From contig JALOPK010000004.1 in NCBI GenBank assembly GCA_025453925.1, positions 1 to 37,174 of the forward strand: a stretch of DNA of 37,174 bases, read 5' to 3'. The DNA comes from Candidatus Eiseniibacteriota bacterium. GTDB lineage: Bacteria > JAFGKV01. Positions 1-9,334 of this stretch are shown one piece after another. A model generated the notes under the pieces. The model worked only from the letters and a program-made list of their open reading frames with translations, had not been told where the DNA came from and ran no database searches. The stretch's first letter is position 1; every line of letters begins with the position of its first letter. Both the position numbers and the translations under genes were made by a program.

Positions 1-5
1 TGCAT
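1..5 (-). CDS. Start of a downstream gene running off the left edge (product unknown)
   Basis: On the minus strand, AGGAG followed by ACGTC and ATG (3-5) directly after the argS stop. Confidence 0.5.
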
Positions 6-17
6 GACGTCTCCTAT

Positions 18-1673
18 CTACATGCGTTCGGGCGCCTCGACACCCAGGAGTGAGAGCCCCCGTGCCAGCACCAGGCGGGTCGCGCGCACCAGCCCAAGCC
101 GCGCCCACGACAACTCCCTGTCGTCACCAATCACCCGGTGATGCTGATAGAACTGGTGAAACGCGGTGGCCACGGTGCGGAGGCACACGGTAATCTTCTG
201 CGGTTCCAACGATTCCGTCACCTGACGAAGAACCACCGGAAACTGGAGGATTTCACGGATCAACGCAAGTTCCTCCCGCTGCGTCAGGACGGTGGGATCG
301 AACGGCTCTTCCCCACCGATCCCGCTCTCCGCCGCGAACCGGAGAATGCCGGCGGTGCGTGCATGGGCGTACTGCACGTAGAAGACGGGGTTCTCCTCAC
401 TCTGTCGGAGCGCCAGATCAATGTCGAATGCCAGATGGCTGGATCGGACGCGCAGAAGGAAGAAGTACCTGACGGCATCAACTCCCACCTCGTCCAAGAG
501 CCAGTCAAGGGTCAGGAACTCGCCAGAGCGCTTCGACATGCGCACGTCCTGCCCTCCGCGTTTCACGGTCACGAACTGGTGAATCAGCACCTGGAAACGC
601 GAAGTGTCCCCTCCGAGGGCTTGCACCGCCGCAAGCACCACCGGATAGGTGGCCTGGTGATCCGCCCCGAACACGTCAACGACGAGATCGTACCCGCGCT
701 CCAGCTTGTGCCGGTGATATGCGATGTCGGGCAACCGGTAAGTTGGTTCCCCCGTGCCCCGAACCATGACCCAATCCTGATCGAGTCCGAGGCTCGTCCC
801 GGCAAGCCACTCCGCGCCGTCCTTCACGTAGGAAACCCCTACCTCCCGCATGGCTCTGAGCGTATCCGCAATGCGCCCGGTCTCGTAGAGGCTGGCTTCG
901 CTGTAGTAGGAGTCAAACCGGACGCGCAACCTCTCAAGTGTCCTTTGTATTCCACCGAACGCCGCGTTCTTGCCAAAATCCGAAAAGACGTCGACGTCGG
1001 TCTCCCCCTCGGCATCTCCCCGGTCGGCGCGAAAGGCCTCGGCGATCCCCCTGACGTACTCACCATGGTAGCCCCCCTCGGGCACATCAGCGGGTCGGCC
1101 AAGCAAGGTGAGGTACTGGGCTCGGACTGATTCGCCCAGCATCCGGATCTGCCGGCCTGCATCGTTGAAGTAGTACTCGCGATCCACCTGATAGCCCGCA
1201 TTGTCCAAAACGCGGGCGATAGCGTCACCCAGGACAGCCTGGCGCCCGTGACCGATGGTGAGAGGTCCGGTAGGATTGGCGGACACGAACTCCACCTGTG
1301 CCCGCAGTCCTCTGCCCGTCGACAGACGCCCGAACGCCTCTCCTTGCGACAACGCCGCCATCAATCCCCGCCGGAGCACAACCGGCGAAAGCGTCACGTT
1401 GATGAACCCGGGACCGGCGATCTCGACGCCGTCAACCACCTCCGGCGGGAGCCGCAGGCGCCCCACGATCCCCTCGGCGATGGCGCGGGGCGATTCGTGC
1501 AGCACGGGGGCCAGGAGAAGGGCGAGATTCGAGGCGAAATCGCCGTGCTCGGTGTCCTTCGGCCGCTCGAAGGCGCTGGGCATCCCCGCGGCCGCCTCCC
1601 CGGCGGCGGCATGAAGCGCAGCCTTGATGAAGTCGACAATCTGTTCAATGCTCTCAATCGTCGGCATCATCAT
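18..1673 (-). CDS. argS: Arginine--tRNA ligase
   Basis: HGDFASN N-terminal motif, VEFVSANPTGPLTIGHGR (HIGH-type), DREYYFNDAGRQ, DVFGADH, RMSKRSG (KMSKS-type), NPVFYVQYAHAR and C-terminal GVEAPERM. The true start may be the third ATG (1667). Confidence 0.97.
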   Translation of the reverse strand: MMMPTIESIEQIVDFIKAALHAAAGEAAAGMPSAFERPKDTEHGDFASNLALLLAPVLHESPRAIAEGIVGRLRLPPEVVDGVEIAGPGFINVTLSPVVLRRGLMAALSQGEAFGRLSTGRGLRAQVEFVSANPTGPLTIGHGRQAVLGDAIARVLDNAGYQVDREYYFNDAGRQIRMLGESVRAQYLTLLGRPADVPEGGYHGEYVRGIAEAFRADRGDAEGETDVDVFSDFGKNAAFGGIQRTLERLRVRFDSYYSEASLYETGRIADTLRAMREVGVSYVKDGAEWLAGTSLGLDQDWVMVRGTGEPTYRLPDIAYHRHKLERGYDLVVDVFGADHQATYPVVLAAVQALGGDTSRFQVLIHQFVTVKRGGQDVRMSKRSGEFLTLDWLLDEVGVDAVRYFFLLRVRSSHLAFDIDLALRQSEENPVFYVQYAHARTAGILRFAAESGIGGEEPFDPTVLTQREELALIREILQFPVVLRQVTESLEPQKITVCLRTVATAFHQFYQHHRVIGDDRELSWARLGLVRATRLVLARGLSLLGVEAPERM

Positions 1674-2055
1674 CCCCGAGGGCCTCTGCGGTCTCCACCG
1701 AGAGTTGCTTCGACTCGATCATGGTGCGGGGCGCATCCCCCCAGAGCTCCTCCAGCGAGAAGAACGCCCGTGTTTCCGGATGCATCATGTGCACCACCAC
1801 GTCGAAGTAGTCCAGCAGGATCCATCGCGACCCGGGATCTCCCTCCCGGTGATGCGGAGCAGCTCCGTCTTCCCTCAGCCTCTCCTCGATGCCTGCGGCG
1901 ATGGCCTGCAGGTGCATGTCTGAGGAACTGGAGGCGATCACGAAGAAGTCAACGACGTCGCTCAGGGTACGCAGGTCCAGAACGAGGATGTCAGTCGCAA
2001 GTTCGTCGGCTGCACAGGCGGCAGCAGCCATGGCCAGCGCCTCGGATTCCTTCAC
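1654..2055 (-). CDS. rsfS: Ribosome silencing factor RsfS (Iojap family)
   Basis: DILVLDLR, DFFVIAS, WILLDYFDVVVH and FFSLEELWGDAP motifs. GTG start with an AAGGAG RBS; overlaps the argS start. Confidence 0.95.
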   Translation of the reverse strand: MKESEALAMAAAACAADELATDILVLDLRTLSDVVDFFVIASSSSDMHLQAIAAGIEERLREDGAAPHHREGDPGSRWILLDYFDVVVHMMHPETRAFFSLEELWGDAPRTMIESKQLSVETAEALGDDDADD

Positions 2056-2199
2056 GCGGGCTCCTTTCGGGATTGCGGAATGTGCGCGGGTGGCGGATCA
2101 CATAACATCCAACTCCCCATGGAACGACACCCGGCCGCCGTGTCAAGTACGGGAGAGGTCCGCCGCGTCAACGAATGATGAGGGTCCGGGTGGCTGAAC

Positions 2200-3981
2200 C
2201 GCAGGGGGCAGGGCGCCCACGCCAGCAGGCGGGCGCCGGATGATGACGGGTTGGGCCACGGTCCCTCCAAGACCAAGGCGGAGGGGGTGCCGGCGTTCGG
2301 GCTGCCCAAAGGCACCTCGTCAACCCGGCAGAGCAACCAGTGCTTCGGATCGATGGCCATGGCCGTCACCGGCTGGTCCAAGACCAGTTACGCGAAGGAA
2401 ACGGCCTCTCGGGTCCATACGGGCTGAATGAGCGAGGTCCCGTCCTGCCGCGTGTACCGGACATCGAGGGGCATCTCGAACAGCGTGGTGTTGGTCTGCA
2501 CCTGTTCGATGCAGGATGGTTCTCCAGGTCGCATCGTCCGCGGCGCATGCCCAGCCGAATTCGTACCGGGGGTAGTACGCACCAAAGATCCACTGGTCGA
2601 AGAACCAGCCGAGACTGATCCCGTGCGAAGTCTTCAACGGCCTCCCGAAGATCGTCTGTGCGGGCCGACGAGTAGGCAGACCGCGCGCCGTATGCCCTCC
2701 GGGCGTCGAAAACAAGGACTGTCGCCGACCACGTGCCGCAGCATGTGCAGAACGTGGGCGCCCTTCTGGTAGCTCAGTCCGTAGTCGAAGATGTCGTCGG
2801 CCTCGGGGTTTTCGACATAGACGGTTCCACCCCCCCAATACGCGTTCCCCGCCATGGCGGCGTGATAGGCGCCGACACCGCCCTCCACCTCCTGCCCTAG
2901 CGCCTCCCCGTAGGTGGCGAACCCCTCGTTGAGCCAGACATCGTGGAACGACGCGCAGGTCACCATGTCGCCCCGCCACTGGTGCCCCAGTTCGTGCACG
3001 ATGATCCACTCCCATCCTCCGTAGGCCGCCCATCCACCCATGCTGGTACACGTCTGATGTTCCATGGCGCCCCCCAACGGAAACAGGGCCTGGCCGTACT
3101 TCTCCTCGGGAAATGGGTACGGCCCGAAGCGTGACGCCAGATCACCCATTGCGGGCACCGTGACGCCAAATGCCCCGGCGTTGCCCGCCAGTTCGGGGTA
3201 GAGATAGTGGACGACCGGCACGGAGTCGCTCTGCTGGGGTACATACCATTCGGTAATGGCCACGTAGTCAGTCGGTGATGGCCAGCGAAACGAGGTAGGT
3301 GGCGATAGGGTAGGATTCTCGCCATCGGTAGCGGGCGCGGGCCCCTGGAAGTTGATCAACCCGGAGGAGCCGCCCGTTGGACGCGACCACCAGGTTTGCG
3401 GGAACCGTGATGGCCAGCGAAACCCCATCAGCCTTGTCATCCGGCCGGTCCTTGCATGGCCACCAGTTGCGGGCTCCGAACGGCTCGCTCAGCGTGGCGA
3501 CCAACGGCACGCCGTTGCGGTCACTGAAGAACGGGACTCCGAATGAGGAGTACAGAGGGGAGCCATGGTACGAGACGACCAGATCAAGCGAGTCGGCGAC
3601 CGCGGCGGGATGGGAAAGGTCGATCGTGAGCTCATCTCCGTCGAGACGCCAGGCGTCAACTTGGCCGGCGATGCTGTCCGCTGCCAGTCAGGTGCTGTTC
3701 ATGTCCAGCATCACGGATGTCAGCGGTTCGACGATGTCCGCTACGACCCGCACGGAGCCTCGGATCTGGCGGGCGGCAGGGTCGATATCGAGGACGATGT
3801 CGTAGCGGCGCACATCGATGCCGAAGCCCGACCGAAACGACGCCGGCGATTCCGGGGACGCCAAGAAGGCCCGGTGCGCCCGTTTCCTTGCCTCGGCCGC
3901 CGCGCGGAGAACCTCGGGAGACCGGGGAGGTGGCGCGTACCCGGAAACCATCAGCCCGGCGATCATCAGGAGGAGGATCAT
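2200..3981 (-). pseudogene. Decayed secreted M1-family zinc aminopeptidase with a remnant T9SS/FlgD-like tail
   Basis: Motifs lie in order across several frames: signal peptide, DVRRYDIVLDID, TLSEPFGARNWWPCKD, GGAMEH, HELGHQW...WLNEGFATY, YQKGAHVLHMLR, WFFDQWI, IDPKHWLL, GPWPNP. Interrupted by an in-frame TGA (3688-3690), a 4-bp duplication (3266-3273), frameshifts near 2715, 2630 and 2510, and an in-frame TAA (2388-2390). Confidence 0.9.
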
Positions 3982-4061
3982 GCATGCTCCTTGGTGTCGT
4001 GCCACGCCCCGGTGCACACCGGCAAGAATGGGTCTGCTCCGCGGGGGTCAAGCACGCTGCG

Positions 4062-4090
4062 TTGTGGCGCGGGATGGGGCGCTCTATCTT
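4062..4090 (+). promoter_or_regulatory. Putative sigma70 promoter of the S8 peptidase gene
   Basis: TTGTGG-17 bp-TATCTT, just upstream of the GGAGG RBS and ATG 4110. Confidence 0.35.
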
Positions 4091-4109
4091 GACCGACCGG
4101 AGGTTGATC

Positions 4110-7100
4110 ATGTGGCGAACGGCCGTGCTCCTAAGCATCATTGCCGCCTCAGCGTGGAGTGCCATTTCGTCCGACGCTGGCGTTGGCGTCTACTGGGTGA
4201 GGTTCGTGGATAAAGGACCTCAAGGGGCGACCGCGGCCCGCACGTCCCTGTCGGACCGCTGCCTCAGACGACGGGCCAAGGTGCGCCCTGCGGACCGCCT
4301 CATCGATTCAGGCGACCGTCCCGTGCACGAACCTTATGTCGCCCGCGCTCTGCCGCACGTGAAGCGTGTGCGGCATCGGTCGCGGTGGCTCAATGCCATC
4401 TCTGTTGAGGCAACGCCGGAACAGGCTGCCGCCTTGCGCCGCCTACCCATGGTGCGGGCGGTCCATCCGCTGGCGCGGTTTGCCCGCCCGCCCGAGCCTT
4501 CGCAGGCCCGCGCGGTGACGCCCGACTACGGCGCGGCGGCTGACCAGCTCCGCCAGATTCGCGTTCCCTACCTGCATGACCTGGGCTTCACCGGGCGGGG
4601 AGTGCTCGTCTGCCTCCTGGATACGGGGTTCTACAGAGACCACGAGTCGCTGAGGGATCTGCCCGTTGTCGCCGAGCGGGACTTCGTATTCGGCGACAAT
4701 GACACCCAGCGTGATCCATCCAGTCCGGAGGACTACAGCGATTCCCATGGCACCGCGGTCTGGAGTGCATTGGGCGGCAACGGGCCAGGCCATGTGGTGG
4801 GTCCTGCATACGGCGCGTCGTTCCTCCTGGCCAAGACGGAGGATCTGCGCTACGAACTGCCCATTGAAGAGGATCACTGGGTTGCCGCGGTCGAATGGGC
4901 GGATTCGGCGGGCGCCGATGTGGTGAGCAGCAGCCTCTCGTACACGGTGTTCGACGATGGATCTCGATACTCGTTCGACGATCTCGATGGCGACACGGCG
5001 GTCACCACGATCGCGGCCGATCGGGCGGCTTCCTTGGGCATTGCGGTGGTGATTGCCGCCGGGAACTACGGGTCAACGTCGTGGGGCCACATCGGGACCC
5101 CGGCGGATGGCGACAGCGTCATCGCCGTGGGCGCGGTCGATGCATCAGGCGCCATCGCCTCATTCAGCTCCCCAGGGCCCACCGCGGACGGGCGCATCAA
5201 ACCGGAGGTCTGCGCACGCGGCGTGGCGACTGCCTGCGCCTCGAATGCCACCCCCAGCAGTTATGGGTCGTCTTCCGGTACATCCCTGTCCACACCATTG
5301 GTCGCCGGGGTCGCCGCGCTCCTCCTGGAGGCCAACCCCACGTGGGCAGGAGCCGATGTCCGGGAGGCCCTCATGGCAACGGCCGACCGGGCGAGTTCGC
5401 CCGACAATCGCCATGGATGGGGGATCGTGGATGCATTTGCCGCCTCAGGCGTTCAGGCACCCATCATTCTCACCGCGGGAGCCGTCATCAATGACGACGA
5501 CGACGGTGAGAGCATCGGAAACGGCAACGGAATGGTAGAACCGGGCGAGCGTGTGGAGATATCTCTGTCCCTCGCCAACGATGGCTCTGCCGACAGCGGG
5601 GAACTCACCTGCGCACTCTCAACACAGGATGAGGCGGTGGGACTGGTGCGGAGCACGGTCACCGTCGCATCGCTGAGCCCTGGCGACACCGCGCAGGCCG
5701 GCCAGACGCTGGTGTTCGACTATGCGCCGTGGGGACCGGTGGATACCTCCGTGTCATTCTCGCTATCGGTACGAGGCGCGATGGGCGATACGCTGGCGCG
5801 GACCGTGCTCGTATTCCCCGTCGTCCGCCTCCATCTACTCTTGGGGAGCGTCGTGGAGACCGGAGCTTCCACGGTCTCGGGCGCCACGGTCCGCGTAGTG
5901 CCCGCGGGCGAATCGCCCATCCCCGATACACTCGAAGTTGACGCCGGCGGCATCTTCTCGGTGTGGCGAGCGGAGGGGGTATATGCGCTCCAGGCACGCG
6001 CCCCCGGTTTCATCAGCCCTGATGCGCTGACGGTGCTCCTGCCCGGTGATGATGCCGCGATCCTTGAACTGTCGCGACCGCGCATGGTGACCAGCCCCGA
6101 CATCATCGCCATCACCCTCGTTGCGGACTCCAGTGCCACGACGCAGCTGACCGTCGGGAACACCGGCACGGGCATCCTCCGCTGCGTCAGCCAGGGCGCA
6201 CCCCAGGGTGGCCCGACCCGCTGGCGGGATTCCTTCGTGAATCTCCGCGCCGATCCACGCGAAGGGGGGAGTCCGGATCTGGTGAGACTGACGGGGTCCG
6301 CCACCGGGGAGACCCTGCGTCTCCGCCTCCACGCCGGCGGCGTCTGGAGTGCCGGTGATGTCACGCTCAGGGTCGGCCTTGACGTCGATGGAGAGCCGGG
6401 GAACGGGCGCGACGCTGCGGGCCTCGATGCCGACTACGCCCTGGAATGGGACGGTGACGCCACGCTCCTGGAGGCGATCGGAGGCCGTTGGATAACCGTC
6501 ACGGAAATCGAGGCTTCCTTAGCCGATTCGGTGCTCACTCTGGCGGTTCCGACCTCCCTCATCGGCTCCCTCACGCCGATGATCCGCCTCGCCGCTGCAG
6601 TGGAACGAGATGGCACTCCTTCCCCCGTCCTGCTTGACCGCCTTCCCGATGACGGAGGTACGGATCCCGTGGTGTGGCATCTCCACGCGCCAACCTGGCT
6701 TCAGGACGACCAGGAGGAACTCGCTATCGCTCCGGGAGCCTGGGCCGGTCTCACCGTGTCGGTTGACACCCATGGGTTGGAGCCCGGCGCCTACCGCGCG
6801 GAGGTGGTCTTCCAGGGTGGATTCGAGGCGGGCGATCCCGTGCCGATACTCCTCACGGTGACCGGGTCCGACAGTGTGCCCTCCGACCGCCCGGCAGCGC
6901 TGGAACTCTGCGCGCTCGCTCCGAACCCCGCCAGTGACGAGTTCCACGCGCGCATCGGTCTTCCTGCACCGGCTCCCGTGGTGCTTGAACTCATCGACGT
7001 TGCCGGGCGCCGCTTGGCGCAATGGGCCGTGGGAACGCTTCCGGCCGGCTGGAGCTCCGTGACCGTCCCCTTCGCCGCGGATAGCCCCCGGGGTGCGTTC

Positions 7101-7157
7101 TGGCTGCGCGTGACGACGCCGTTGGGGAACGACGCACGCATTCTGGTCAGGAACTGA
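4110..7157 (+). CDS. Secreted S8 (subtilisin-like) serine peptidase with Ig-like and carboxypeptidase-regulatory-like domains and a T9SS/FlgD-like C-terminal tail
   Basis: GGAGG RBS and ATG 4110, signal peptide, catalytic motifs LLDTG, SHGT and SGTSLSTP, AAGN oxyanion motif, DGRIKPEV. C-terminal LAPNP...LELIDVAGRRL...G...W...GAFWLRV. Confidence 0.93.
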   Translation: MWRTAVLLSIIAASAWSAISSDAGVGVYWVRFVDKGPQGATAARTSLSDRCLRRRAKVRPADRLIDSGDRPVHEPYVARALPHVKRVRHRSRWLNAISVEATPEQAAALRRLPMVRAVHPLARFARPPEPSQARAVTPDYGAAADQLRQIRVPYLHDLGFTGRGVLVCLLDTGFYRDHESLRDLPVVAERDFVFGDNDTQRDPSSPEDYSDSHGTAVWSALGGNGPGHVVGPAYGASFLLAKTEDLRYELPIEEDHWVAAVEWADSAGADVVSSSLSYTVFDDGSRYSFDDLDGDTAVTTIAADRAASLGIAVVIAAGNYGSTSWGHIGTPADGDSVIAVGAVDASGAIASFSSPGPTADGRIKPEVCARGVATACASNATPSSYGSSSGTSLSTPLVAGVAALLLEANPTWAGADVREALMATADRASSPDNRHGWGIVDAFAASGVQAPIILTAGAVINDDDDGESIGNGNGMVEPGERVEISLSLANDGSADSGELTCALSTQDEAVGLVRSTVTVASLSPGDTAQAGQTLVFDYAPWGPVDTSVSFSLSVRGAMGDTLARTVLVFPVVRLHLLLGSVVETGASTVSGATVRVVPAGESPIPDTLEVDAGGIFSVWRAEGVYALQARAPGFISPDALTVLLPGDDAAILELSRPRMVTSPDIIAITLVADSSATTQLTVGNTGTGILRCVSQGAPQGGPTRWRDSFVNLRADPREGGSPDLVRLTGSATGETLRLRLHAGGVWSAGDVTLRVGLDVDGEPGNGRDAAGLDADYALEWDGDATLLEAIGGRWITVTEIEASLADSVLTLAVPTSLIGSLTPMIRLAAAVERDGTPSPVLLDRLPDDGGTDPVVWHLHAPTWLQDDQEELAIAPGAWAGLTVSVDTHGLEPGAYRAEVVFQGGFEAGDPVPILLTVTGSDSVPSDRPAALELCALAPNPASDEFHARIGLPAPAPVVLELIDVAGRRLAQWAVGTLPAGWSSVTVPFAADSPRGAFWLRVTTPLGNDARILVRN

Positions 7158-7158
7158 G

Positions 7159-9036
7159 GTGCACTTCCGCGCGGCGGCGCAGACAGCCATCGACGCCCTG
7201 GCCGGCTCGCCTCATCTCCTGCCCGATTATCTGCTGGACCGCGTGGAGGACCTTGATCCCGACGCATTGAAGGAGCTGGGATTCAGCAATGTGATATTCG
7301 ATTACGACAACACGCTGGCTCGCTGGCGGAAACCGGATTTGCCGCCTCCCGTCGCGGACCTGATTCTCCGTCTCCTCCAGGCAGGAATTGGTGTTGCGGT
7401 CGCGTCCAACGGTTTCGCCGGGAGGTTCGGGAGATTGGCGGACGCGTGGAGCGGGAGTCTGCGGTTCGTAGGCGGGTGCGGCAAACCCGACCCCGGGCGC
7501 GTCCGGCAGATCATGGAGGAGGCGGGGTGGGATCCGCAGGCGACCATTCTTGTGGGCGACAATACCCTGACCGATGTCGCCGCAGGGCGGGCGGCAGGGT
7601 GCGCGACGGCGTTGGTGCGACCTCTTTCGTGGTTCGAGGCGCCTCCTACCAAACTGTGGCGAGTTCTGGAACGGATACACCGGTTGCGGAGGCCCGAGTG
7701 GGCCACCATCCCCCGTCTAGGCCCTGAGCGGATCCGCCCCAGACCGGCTCTGGGTCTCTCCGGACTTGCCCTGATGCTGGCTCTGGCGGTGCTGTTCCTG
7801 ACACCCCTGATACGATCGGCGGCCCCGGGTTCCGAATCCTCCAGCTATCAGCTTGGTATGGCACACGCTTTCGCGAAGGGTTGGCCGGACACCAAGTCTC
7901 CTGAGCCTGAGCGATCACTGCTCATCATGGCCATCCTTGCTCCTTTGCCCGACCACGCGGCGCCGCCGCCTGCGCTGGCCGGGGCGTTCCTCGCAATCCT
8001 CCTGGTGGGAATCGCAGGCTGTCCCTTCGCCCTGCTGCGGGGCGCCCCTCTTTGGGCTGCGGCCGGTGCGCTCCCTATTCTCTTCGCTCCTGCGACCATT
8101 GCGGCGGCCGGCGAGATCTCACCCTCGGCGCTGGAACTGCTGTGCGCCGCGTCTGCGTTGACCATTGCCGTCTCGCCGCTGTCTGCCGCGGGATTGTTCT
8201 TCATCGCGGTGCTGAACGGCTTGTCCGGCATGGCCCTTGCCCCCGTGTTTCTCATTCGGTCTCCCGCCAGGTTGCGCATCGCAGTGGCACGGGCGTTGGC
8301 CCTTGCCGGCCTCCTTGCCGCGGCGTGCTGGGTACTCGCCCTCTCAAGGTCTCCAGCTTCTTCGCCGGCGTGGGACTACTCGCTCGGGGAGGGAGCTTCG
8401 TTCTTCTCTTCTCCTGGAGGGCTGGGCGGGCTCACCGTAGTCGAGAGGTTCGTGCTTCTGGAACAGGGCCTTCGGCGGGGGCTCTTTGGCCGTGCCGAGG
8501 GTCTTGGGAAGTTGCCGCTGACGGTGATGGCGGTGGTGTGCGCGCTGCCGTCGCTCGCCCGTCGTTCTCCGGGTGCCGCCGTCTACATCGCCGCACGGGC
8601 GGCCCTTGCCGTCATGCTCCCGGGGCTGTTCCACCGGGAGATGCTCACTGTGGTGTTCATTCCATTCATCGTGCTGTCCATGAGCGCGGTGTTTTCGCGA
8701 CTGCTGGGCGGCAGGGGGCCGGTGGTGTTCTCCGTGCTGCTGGCGGCGATCATCCTCACCCATGCCCCTGCCGTCAGGCGCCAGGTTGTTTCAGCCCGGC
8801 AGGCCTACCGGGCGAACACGGAACTCACGGCCCTGGCGCGGGCGGCCCGATCGCTTCCCGAGGAGTCACTCATTGCGACCTCCGAACCGGCCCGGGTCTT
8901 CCTGATTTCCGGCCGCGGCACCGAGGCACGTCGCGCGGACGGCGGCGGATTTGCCACCCATGCTATTGCTCCCCGCCTCGACCCCATCGCCGGGGAGTGC
9001 CTCGCCACCAGATCACTGATGCTGTGCCCGCGGTAA
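7159..9036 (+). CDS. YqeG-like HAD-IIIA phosphatase fused to a polytopic GT-C-like membrane domain
   Basis: N-terminal FDYDNTL, ASN, GKP and VGDNTLTDVAAG HAD motifs. Followed by about 10-12 hydrophobic segments and a C-terminal LARAARSLPEESLIATSEPARVFLISGR segment resembling the GT-C periplasmic domains elsewhere in this window. Confidence 0.75.
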   Translation: MHFRAAAQTAIDALAGSPHLLPDYLLDRVEDLDPDALKELGFSNVIFDYDNTLARWRKPDLPPPVADLILRLLQAGIGVAVASNGFAGRFGRLADAWSGSLRFVGGCGKPDPGRVRQIMEEAGWDPQATILVGDNTLTDVAAGRAAGCATALVRPLSWFEAPPTKLWRVLERIHRLRRPEWATIPRLGPERIRPRPALGLSGLALMLALAVLFLTPLIRSAAPGSESSSYQLGMAHAFAKGWPDTKSPEPERSLLIMAILAPLPDHAAPPPALAGAFLAILLVGIAGCPFALLRGAPLWAAAGALPILFAPATIAAAGEISPSALELLCAASALTIAVSPLSAAGLFFIAVLNGLSGMALAPVFLIRSPARLRIAVARALALAGLLAAACWVLALSRSPASSPAWDYSLGEGASFFSSPGGLGGLTVVERFVLLEQGLRRGLFGRAEGLGKLPLTVMAVVCALPSLARRSPGAAVYIAARAALAVMLPGLFHREMLTVVFIPFIVLSMSAVFSRLLGGRGPVVFSVLLAAIILTHAPAVRRQVVSARQAYRANTELTALARAARSLPEESLIATSEPARVFLISGRGTEARRADGGGFATHAIAPRLDPIAGECLATRSLMLCPR

Positions 9037-9334
9037 CCGGCACTGACATTCCGCTCTCCTGCATCGGTCCATTGAACCTCCCGGTCCGTCTCGGCGTGGA
9101 CGGGCACCTCCCGGGGGGAAGATCCGTCCGACACGTCCTGAAACGCGATCAGTCCCCGCCGGCTGGAAAATGCCTCCGGGTTTCTTGCTCCCGCGCCCGA
9201 AACCGCAAACCCCGGCCGCGCGACCCACGACCATCGGCGCCATATATCATGACAAGGTCACGCACATCGGGGTCAGACCGGATGAGCGACTACTCCCCCG
9301 GGCGGGGCCGTGATGCCGCAGGCCGAGAGCAATG

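Noticed and set aside
1245-1275. ArgRS TIGH in place of HIGH as a sign of inactivation
   Set aside because: All other motifs are intact, and T(I/V)GH variants are natural in ArgRS of several lineages.
3688-3690. In-frame TGA in the M1 peptidase as selenocysteine or stop-codon recoding
   Set aside because: The same gene also has an in-frame TAA and several frameshifts, the position is non-catalytic, and TGA is used as a normal stop by many genes in the window.
3717-4109. N-terminal extensions in the ORF track (S8 from 3717; likewise 11047, 15485, 17079, 23916, 25748, 32310, 33610)
   Set aside because: Downstream starts have clear RBSs, signal peptides or stop-start coupling, whereas the extensions overlap other genes or are low-complexity.
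9037-9334. ncRNA or small gene in the 300-bp convergent intergenic gap
   Set aside because: I found no convincing long stem, RBS-start pair or repeat.
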